24,000 nt of DNA from Bacillota bacterium (GTDB taxonomy: Bacteria > Bacillota > Halanaerobiia > Halanaerobiales > Halarsenatibacteraceae): contig JBNJDR010000003.1 in assembly GCA_051745085.1 (NCBI GenBank), forward strand, positions 1-24,000, read 5' to 3'. The translations under genes and the position numbers were made by a program. Numbering within the stretch: the first letter of the stretch is position 1; each line of letters begins with the position of its first letter. Shown here piece after piece: positions 18,436 to 24,000 of this stretch. The notes beneath the pieces were generated by a model. That model saw nothing but the letters and a program-made list of their open reading frames with translations. It was not told where the DNA came from and ran no database searches.

Positions 18436-19260
18436 ATGATATTAGGAATTGATATTGGGGGAAGTACTACTGATATTGTTGGCTTTAAAGAGAGGAAATT
18501 AGCTGGAAATTTAACGGTTGAAGCAAGTGATCCACTTACATCAGCTACGGGGGCTTTAGGAAGTTTTTTAGAAAAACAGGATCTTGATTTATCAGATATA
18601 GATAAGATTGCTGTTACCGGGGTTGGCTCTTCTTATGTTAAAAGAGATTTATTTGGGATTCAGACCATTAAGATTCCTGAATTTGAAGCGATCGGTTCTG
18701 GTGGCGCCTATTTAACCAGTGTGAAAAGAGCAGTTATTGTAAGTATGGGGACAGGAACTGCTATTGTATTTAATGATTACGGTGAGATAAATCATATGGG
18801 TGGTACAGGTGTCGGAGGAGGAACAATTGTCGGCTTAGGCAAAGCAGTATTAAACAACTCTGAATATAAAGAGATAGTTGAACTAGCTAGGACTGGTTCG
18901 TTAGATCAGGTGGATTTATTTATTAAAGATATATCTCTGGAACAAATAGGAGATTTAAAGCCTGATGTTACGGCTTCTAATTTTGGGAATGCTAATAATA
19001 AAACTACCAAAGAAGATTATGCTTTAGGTATTATAAATTTAGTTTTTCAGACTGTAGGAATGTTGGCTGTTTTTGCTGCTCAAACTAGGGACTGCCAGGA
19101 TATAGTAATAACCGGGAAATTGGCTGGAATGAAATCCGGTCAGAAAGTGTTGACAAAATTAAAAGAAAACAAGTTATTTCCTGTTAATTTTTATTACCCC
19201 AAGCAAGCGGAGTATTCCACGGCAATAGGTGCAGCTATTTCCAGCCAGAAACAGCTTTAA
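18436..19260 (+). CDS. ASKHA-fold kinase, type II pantothenate kinase (CoaW/Fumble)-like; substrate unverified
   Basis: 274 aa. The motifs GIDIGGSTTD (phosphate-1), SMGTGTAIV, GGTGVGGGTIVGLG and DVTASNFG align by eye with S. aureus CoaW (GTGTSL, GGIGTGGGMIQGLG, DLTAANFG). Starts 9 nt after the nitroreductase. Confidence 0.72.
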   Translation: MILGIDIGGSTTDIVGFKERKLAGNLTVEASDPLTSATGALGSFLEKQDLDLSDIDKIAVTGVGSSYVKRDLFGIQTIKIPEFEAIGSGGAYLTSVKRAVIVSMGTGTAIVFNDYGEINHMGGTGVGGGTIVGLGKAVLNNSEYKEIVELARTGSLDQVDLFIKDISLEQIGDLKPDVTASNFGNANNKTTKEDYALGIINLVFQTVGMLAVFAAQTRDCQDIVITGKLAGMKSGQKVLTKLKENKLFPVNFYYPKQAEYSTAIGAAISSQKQL

Positions 19261-19312
19261 TTTAATTTCAATTTATAATGATAATAAGAATATAGAAAGT
19301 AAGGTGGTAGAT

Positions 19313-20215
19313 ATGAAAAGAATTAACAGGGACCAGGTGATATATTCATTTACTCAAAAAAATCAGCCGGTAGCCAGAGTTGAAGCCGGGGAAAGCTTCA
19401 CTCTTAAAACATGGGACTGTTTCAAAGGTCAGTTGAAGTCAAACAATGATGAAATTTCGGCAATGGATTGGAATAAGATAAATCCTGCCACAGGACCTAT
19501 ATATATTGCAGGGGCTCAAACAGGAGATATTCTCAAAATTACAATTGAATCGATAAAATTAAATAGTCCGGCTGTTATGATTGCAGCCCCAGAAGAAGGT
19601 GTATTAGGACATCTAATTGAAAAATCAGTTACTAAAATACTCCCGTTAGAGTCTGGTCAGGTGGTTTTTTCAGACCATCATCGCTTTGATCTTAAACCAA
19701 TGGTAGGTGTTTTAGGGGTGGCGCCTGAAGCAGGCGAGGACATTTCTACAGGTATTCCGGGTATTCACGGGGGCAACATGGATTGTGCCTTATTAGGCCC
19801 AGGAGCGGTATTATATCTACCTGTGAACATTGAAGGAGCTTTGTTAGCAGCAGGGGATATGCATGCGTTAATGGGAGATGGTGAAATCGTGGTTTGTGCG
19901 GCAGAAGCTGGAGGAGAAATTCAGTTAAAAGCTGAGATTATTAAAGAAGTTAAATATCCACTGCCTTTAATTGAGACAGAAGAATTTTTAGCTACAGTTT
20001 CTTCTAAAAAAACAGTGGATGAAGCGATAGAATCTGCCACAGAGATGATGGCCAATTTTCTCACTGATAATTATAATTATACTTTAACAGAAGCGGGTAT
20101 GCTTATGAGTCTGGTTGGTAACGCAGAAATATGTCAGGTTGTCGATCCTTTAAAAACAGCGAGATTCACTATTAAAAAAAGTGATTTTAACCTAAAACAA
20201 AACGCCAGGAGTTAA
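19313..20215 (+). CDS. Acetamidase/formamidase (FmdA/AmdA) family amidohydrolase
   Basis: The ATG at 19313 lies 5 nt after AAGGTGG, and the track start at 19229 overlaps the previous gene. Family motifs GPIYIAGAQTGDIL, HGGNMDC and GDMHALMGDGEI. Confidence 0.88.
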   Translation: MKRINRDQVIYSFTQKNQPVARVEAGESFTLKTWDCFKGQLKSNNDEISAMDWNKINPATGPIYIAGAQTGDILKITIESIKLNSPAVMIAAPEEGVLGHLIEKSVTKILPLESGQVVFSDHHRFDLKPMVGVLGVAPEAGEDISTGIPGIHGGNMDCALLGPGAVLYLPVNIEGALLAAGDMHALMGDGEIVVCAAEAGGEIQLKAEIIKEVKYPLPLIETEEFLATVSSKKTVDEAIESATEMMANFLTDNYNYTLTEAGMLMSLVGNAEICQVVDPLKTARFTIKKSDFNLKQNARS

Positions 20216-20223
20216 TCCTGGCG
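20191..20223 (-). terminator. Intrinsic terminator for the minus-strand operon; hairpin shared with the end of the plus-strand gene
   Basis: 8-bp GC-rich stem CGCCAGGA (20203-20210) / TCCTGGCG (20216-20223) with loop GTTAA. On the minus strand it is followed by GTTTTGTTTT (complement of 20193-20202). There is no U-tract on the plus-strand side. Confidence 0.55.
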
Positions 20224-20562
20224 CCAGATTGTAATCTTGAGATTATTATTTTTGTACTCAACTACGGCTTTATCTATTAGCATTCCTACTAAACTCATTT
20301 CTCGGGAACTATTGCCTTCACCAGCTAGTTCCCAATAATATTCTTCTACTTGAGTTTCTCGTTCAGTATTTAGGTGCTCTCGAAGTTCAGTTAAGTTTTC
20401 ACTGGTCAAATTTTTGACAACTCCGGAGATGACAATCTCAAATTCATTTTCAGTATTGGCTTTTTCGGTGTGGTAATTTATGGACAAATCACTTGCCCCC
20501 ATATCGGAATAATAAATCATCAGTTCACTGATGATTTTTACAGCTTTTTTAGTTTCCCGCAT
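20212..20562 (-). CDS. Hypothetical acidic soluble protein (116 aa), no recognisable family
   Basis: The second ATG (MRETKKAVKII...) lies 7 nt after GGAGGG and overlaps the upstream gene by 14 nt. The track start at 20577 would overlap by 29 nt. No TM segment and no Cys/His motifs. Ends ...KITIWRQD*. Confidence 0.7.
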   Translation of the reverse strand: MRETKKAVKIISELMIYYSDMGASDLSINYHTEKANTENEFEIVISGVVKNLTSENLTELREHLNTERETQVEEYYWELAGEGNSSREMSLVGMLIDKAVVEYKNNNLKITIWRQD

Positions 20563-21877
20563 TTTGTTTCCCTCCATTAACTCGTTTTAAACTAGTTAAA
20601 ATAGGTACTAACATCGCTGCTACCATCCCTCCAGCGAAACCATTATTATAGAGATTTATCCCTCCGTGCAGGTAACCAACATTCATAACTACAGCAAGGT
20701 GCATGAAACCAGCTAATAAGCCTGCTTTAATACCAAATTGACCAGCTATTGGAGCCAGGGTAGTTCCGAATAGAGCAGCAAGTAATGCACCTGGGGCTGC
20801 TGCGTGAATAGATTGAATTTGAGTGGCAAAGAAGACCCCGATTAGAATAGGAACCACATTAGCAGGATGTTTACCAAAAGCGGCAAAGCCAACGATAGTG
20901 AAAATTCCACCGATTATAGGGCCATTAATTTCTCCCCCGACTAATAAAATATAGCTTACCGAGATTAAACCCATTACGCCCATATTGATGAAACTGACGC
21001 CAAAGCCATCGGTACTAACAAAGTCACTAACTAAGCGTCCAGAATGGCGAAATAATTTGGTGAATCCAGTGAAACTCAGTTTGTTAAATAACATGCCAAT
21101 AAATATCATAGAGAAAAATAAAAACAACAAATAGTTACTCAGAGAACTATTTAACCCTTCCGAATAGAAAAATTGACTAACAGTGTCTAATTCGAAAGAT
21201 CTAAAAATTGCCATGAAGAGGGAACCGACCATGCCGGCAGTAAAACCAATATTATATATATTATAACCCTGGTGAAATTTGACCATGTGATTAGCTAAAG
21301 GGGGAAGTATAAAACCAGCAGAGGTGCCAAAAACTATCCCCAGAACTAAACCGGTTCCTGGTGCGAAACCCAGCCCAAAACTAACTAAACTAACCATAGG
21401 AGCTAGAGCGGTACCAAATAATGCTACTAGAATAAAGCGAGCAAAAGGTTCATTGCGATAAATTGAATACAAGTAAACGCCACCTAAAATTGGCCAGATA
21501 TTGAATATATTCTTGCCAAAAAAAGCGAAGCCAGCAACTGTAAATACAGCAGCGATAATTGTACCGTTTACGTGAACTTTTGCTTGTTTAACTATAATTA
21601 GGCTTAAGAGCATAAGTAAACCAGCATTCATAAAAGCTGCGCCAATATTCCCCAGCATCATATAATCTGAAAGAAGAGTACTTTGCGATAAAACAATAGA
21701 TTTCATTCCTGCTATAATTTCTGAAAGAGAGTTAAAATAAAAAGAAGTTATAATTAAAATGAAACTATAAATTAATAGGATAGAGAATTTAGAACTTTCT
21801 GTAGCTGTTAAAGCTATCGAGTCTTTTAGATTTGTTAGTGATCCTGTAGAGATAGATTCACTGTGGTTTTCTGTCAT
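20549..21877 (-). CDS. Polytopic membrane protein with internal two-fold duplication (DUF1576-like)
   Basis: 442 aa, about 12 hydrophobic segments. The halves align: NGTIIAAVFTVAGFAFFGKNIFNIWPILGG...ALFGTALAPMV vs NGPIIGGIFTIVGFAAFGKHPANVVPILIG...ALFGTTLAPIA, and GYNIYNIGFTAGMVGS vs GINLYNNGFAGGMVAA. GGAGGTG RBS 8 nt upstream. The DUF1576 name is from memory. Confidence 0.85.
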   Translation of the reverse strand: MTENHSESISTGSLTNLKDSIALTATESSKFSILLIYSFILIITSFYFNSLSEIIAGMKSIVLSQSTLLSDYMMLGNIGAAFMNAGLLMLLSLIIVKQAKVHVNGTIIAAVFTVAGFAFFGKNIFNIWPILGGVYLYSIYRNEPFARFILVALFGTALAPMVSLVSFGLGFAPGTGLVLGIVFGTSAGFILPPLANHMVKFHQGYNIYNIGFTAGMVGSLFMAIFRSFELDTVSQFFYSEGLNSSLSNYLLFLFFSMIFIGMLFNKLSFTGFTKLFRHSGRLVSDFVSTDGFGVSFINMGVMGLISVSYILLVGGEINGPIIGGIFTIVGFAAFGKHPANVVPILIGVFFATQIQSIHAAAPGALLAALFGTTLAPIAGQFGIKAGLLAGFMHLAVVMNVGYLHGGINLYNNGFAGGMVAAMLVPILTSLKRVNGGKQNAGN

Positions 21878-21920
21878 TAATCGGGCACCTCCATAATAAG
21901 TGAAATAAACAACATAATTA

Positions 21921-21949
21921 ATTATATATTATAGGGCTTTAAAAGACAA
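21921..21949 (-). promoter_or_regulatory. Candidate promoter for the minus-strand membrane-protein operon
   Basis: Read on the minus strand: TTGTCT (21949-21944), 17 nt spacer, TATAAT (21926-21921). AT-rich context, so a chance match is possible. Confidence 0.4.
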
Positions 21950-21955
21950 GATAAA

Positions 21956-21984
21956 TTGACATATTTATAATTGCAGAGTATAAT
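21956..21984 (+). promoter_or_regulatory. Perfect-consensus sigma-A promoter for the GNAT gene
   Basis: TTGACA (21956-21961), 17 nt spacer, TATAAT (21979-21984). Confidence 0.65.
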
Positions 21985-22046
21985 TTATGTATAGATATGA
22001 GACTTATTTGTTAGAATTATGGATAAAAAAGGAGAATACAAATATA

Positions 22047-22559
22047 ATGGAGTTACATTCTGATAGGATAAAATTATATGCACCTACTCCAGATGAGTTT
22101 TTGCTTTCTTTAACTGATCCGAACTATTTTGCCAGGCAGATGGGTTGGAAGGAAGATTGGAGTTGGATGGAACAATCAGTTAAGGAAACTCTTATGCAGG
22201 GATGCAGGCAAGCAATAAAAGATAAGGAAAATTATCTGTGGTATACTAATTGGCTTATAATCCTTAAAGAAGAAAATGCAATAGTAGGGGGAATAACTTT
22301 TAAAGGCCCGTCAAATTCAGAAGGCGAAGTAGAAATCGGTTATGAAATGAATCCTGAGTATAGAAATAAAGGACTGATGAAAGAGACAGTTGAGTTAATT
22401 AGTAGCTGGGTTTTAGGTAATCCAGAGGTTCAAAGAATAATAGCTGAAACAAATAAAGATAATATACCCTCCGGTAAAGTACTGGCAGGGACAGGCTTCT
22501 CTCAATATCGTTTAAATAACCTCTCTATCTATTGGCAAAGATCTAAAGTTATGACATAA
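22047..22559 (+). CDS. GNAT family N-acetyltransferase (RimJ/RimL-like)
   Basis: The start ATG at 22047 (MELHSDRIKLYAPT...) follows AAGGAG. The track start at 21987 lies only 3 nt after the -10 box, upstream of the expected transcription start. Acetyl-CoA motif region EIGYEMNPEYRNKGLMKETVELI. Confidence 0.85.
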   Translation: MELHSDRIKLYAPTPDEFLLSLTDPNYFARQMGWKEDWSWMEQSVKETLMQGCRQAIKDKENYLWYTNWLIILKEENAIVGGITFKGPSNSEGEVEIGYEMNPEYRNKGLMKETVELISSWVLGNPEVQRIIAETNKDNIPSGKVLAGTGFSQYRLNNLSIYWQRSKVMT

Positions 22560-22563
22560 ACAG

Positions 22564-22590
22564 AAAAAGCCTGCCTTTAGGCAGGTTTTT
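22564..22590. terminator. Bidirectional intrinsic terminator (GNAT gene and tRNA-Leu)
   Basis: AAAAA, (G)CCTGCC (22569-22575), loop TTTA, GGCAGG(T) (22580-22586), TTTTT. An A-run on one side and a T-run on the other give a U-tract on either strand. Confidence 0.75.
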
Positions 22591-22637
22591 AATTTATTTC
22601 AGATTTATTTGGAAAAATACTTATTTAAAATGAAAAA

Positions 22638-22726
22638 TGGTGCCGAGGGCGGGATTCGAACCCGCACAGGCACAAGAGCCCACAGCGCCCTCAACGCTGC
22701 GCGTCTGCCAGTTCCGCCACCTCGGC
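22638..22726 (-). tRNA. tRNA-Leu (anticodon GAG), type II with long variable arm, CCA encoded
   Basis: The reverse complement is GCCGAGGTGGCGGAACTGGCAGACGCGCAGCGTTGAGGGCGCTGTGGGCTCTTGTGCCTGTGCGGGTTCGAATCCCGCCCTCGGCACCA. Acceptor GCCGAGG/CCTCGGC, anticodon stem CAGCG/CGCTG with loop TTGAGGG, 17-nt variable arm, T-arm GCGGG-TTCGAAT-CCCGC. 89 nt. Confidence 0.95.
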
Positions 22727-22738
22727 AACACAATAAAC

Positions 22739-22766
22739 ATTATATCATAATTATGGCCGCTGTCAA
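22739..22766 (-). promoter_or_regulatory. Consensus sigma-A promoter for tRNA-Leu
   Basis: Minus strand: TTGACA (22766-22761), 16 nt spacer, TATAAT (22744-22739). The -10 ends 12 nt upstream of the mature tRNA 5' end. Confidence 0.65.
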
Positions 22767-22829
22767 CCATTATTTTTTGGTTTTAATAAAAGAATTAACT
22801 CAAAAAAAGTTGGAAAGGGGAATAGTTAA

Positions 22830-24000
22830 TTGGTAAAAACAAGAAATGTATTTGAAAACTTAAATCCATTAGATCACAGGTATAGTTTAAAAAAAGAAGA
22901 TTTTAACCATTTAAGCAGTTATTTTTCCGAAGAAGCAAGATTTAAATGGGAAGCTAAAGTCGAACTTGCTTTAGTAGAAACTTTAGTTGATTGGGGTATT
23001 GCTCCTAAGCAAGCCGCTACAGCTATGAATAAAGCAGTACAAAATATTACTGCAGAAGATGTTTATGCTGAAGAGAGGATCACAAAACATAATACCAGAG
23101 CTCTGGTAAATTGCTTAAGGCAGCAGGTTAAACCAGAATATAGACAATATATCCATCTCGGTGCAACTTCTTTTGATATTGTCGATACAGCGGCAAATAT
23201 GAAGTATAAAAGATTTACTACAGAGATACTTATTCCTGCTTTAAAAAGATTAATCTTAGTGATTGCAGGGGTAGCTGAGAGAGAAAAAAATACAGTTCAA
23301 ATTGGAAGAACCCATGGTCAAGCCGCTGTTCCTTTAACTTTTGGTTATTATTTAGCTGGCTTTGTAAGCAGACTTGGGGAACAGTTAGAAGAACTTGCAG
23401 CTCGAACAGATGCTCTGACCGGTCAATTTTCAGGAGCAGTAGGGGGCTATAATGCTCTATCCCTATTAGTAGACGATCCCAGGAAATTTGAAAAGCAATT
23501 ATTAAAGCGGATTAATTTAGAACCTGCTGAGCATTCAACTCAGATAATTCCGCCAGAAAAAATAACTGATTATCTTCACACCCTGGTTACCATTTTTGGC
23601 ATTCTGGCGGATATTAGTGATGATTTTCGTCATTTACAGAGAACTGAAATAAGTGAAACTGGAGAAGCATTTTCTAGTGATCAGGTGGGTTCTTCAACAA
23701 TGCCGCAAAAACGTAATCCCATTAATTTTGAAAATGTCAAGAGTGCCTGGAAAGTTACTGTACCCAGGATGATAACCATTTATATGGATCAGCTTTCTGA
23801 ACATCAAAGGGATTTAACTAATTCTGCATCAGCAAGGTACTATCCAGATATTCCGATTCAACTTTATTTGGCTTGTCAAAGGTTACATAAAGTATTTACT
23901 AAGATTGTAGTTGATAAAGAAAGCTTACAAGTCAATTTGCAATCAGAACAGGCTATGATCGCAGCAGAGCCATTGTACATCTTACTAGCTAGAGAAGGTC
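22830..24000 (+). CDS. purB: Adenylosuccinate lyase family protein (fumarate-lyase superfamily), 3' end beyond window
   Basis: TTG at 22830 directly follows an in-frame TAA, 9 nt after AAGGGG. Open to the window end (about 390 codons), so it is absent from the ORF track. Motifs NPLDHRY, HLGATSFDIVDTA, GRTHGQAAVPLTFG and the superfamily signature GSSTMPQKRNP (23688-23720). Confidence 0.88.
   Translation, partial: MVKTRNVFENLNPLDHRYSLKKEDFNHLSSYFSEEARFKWEAKVELALVETLVDWGIAPKQAATAMNKAVQNITAEDVYAEERITKHNTRALVNCLRQQVKPEYRQYIHLGATSFDIVDTAANMKYKRFTTEILIPALKRLILVIAGVAEREKNTVQIGRTHGQAAVPLTFGYYLAGFVSRLGEQLEELAARTDALTGQFSGAVGGYNALSLLVDDPRKFEKQLLKRINLEPAEHSTQIIPPEKITDYLHTLVTIFGILADISDDFRHLQRTEISETGEAFSSDQVGSSTMPQKRNPINFENVKSAWKVTVPRMITIYMDQLSEHQRDLTNSASARYYPDIPIQLYLACQRLHKVFTKIVVDKESLQVNLQSEQAMIAAEPLYILLAREG

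Noticed and set aside
18436-19260. Alternative reading of the ASKHA protein as a hydantoinase/oxoprolinase-type or BadF/BcrA-type ATPase, based on the N-terminal GIDIGGSTTD motif
   Set aside because: The protein is far too short (274 aa) for hydantoinase A and has no Fe-S cluster cysteines. The central GTGTAIV and GGTGVGGGTIVGLG motifs match the type II pantothenate kinase/Fumble family better. The substrate remains unverified.
22592-22637. Short direct repeats ATTTATTT (x2) and ACTTATTT between the terminator and the tRNA
   Set aside because: These are very short, AT-only repeats in an AT-rich spacer. They are expected by chance and have no associated structure.
22609-22836. 75-aa plus-strand ORF (MEKYLFKMKNGAEGGIRTRTG...)
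   Set aside because: It is read through the complement of the tRNA-Leu gene and its promoter. The GGIRTRT segment is simply the tRNA T-arm translated.
1-24000. Search for CRISPR arrays, IS/transposon ends, integrases, toxin-antitoxin pairs, restriction-modification genes or known defence genes
   Set aside because: No regularly spaced repeats, terminal inverted repeats or recognisable defence or mobility protein motifs were seen on either strand. The window is dominated by housekeeping genes.

Overview
Low-GC (AT-rich, strong GGAGG Shine-Dalgarno sites, frequent TTG/GTG starts) Firmicute-type chromosome segment. The taxon cannot be fixed without a database search. Bases 1-13510 are one uninterrupted plus-strand block of core cell-wall and division genes: murG (3' end), murC, ftsQ/divIB, ftsA, ftsZ, nrdR, pgeF(ylmD), a HlyD-like membrane protein, yggS(ylmE), sepF, yggT, ylmH, divIVA, then glsA, a lipoprotein, a small DUF2007-like protein, lspA and rluD. 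Gene order closely follows the Bacillus subtilis ftsAZ-ylm-divIVA-(ileS)-lspA-rluD-(pyrR)-pyrP region, with a few informative differences. A PyrR-type transcription attenuator (promoter, binding hairpin, antiterminator, terminator) precedes a monocistronic uracil permease gene. The right third is more accessory-like. It holds a tightly packed 5-gene plus-strand cluster (tldD, pmbA/tldE, nitroreductase, type II pantothenate-kinase-like ASKHA protein, acetamidase/formamidase-family protein). A convergent 2-gene minus-strand operon follows (internally duplicated polytopic membrane protein plus an unrecognisable 116-aa acidic protein). After that come a GNAT acetyltransferase, a stand-alone tRNA-Leu(GAG) and the 5' part of an adenylosuccinate-lyase-family gene. 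I see no CRISPR array, mobile element, integrase, toxin-antitoxin pair or recognisable defence genes. The best candidates for uncharacterised biology are the 5-gene tldD-to-amidase cluster and the membrane-protein/small-protein pair. Both are hypotheses from gene context only, and most of this window is ordinary conserved core genome.
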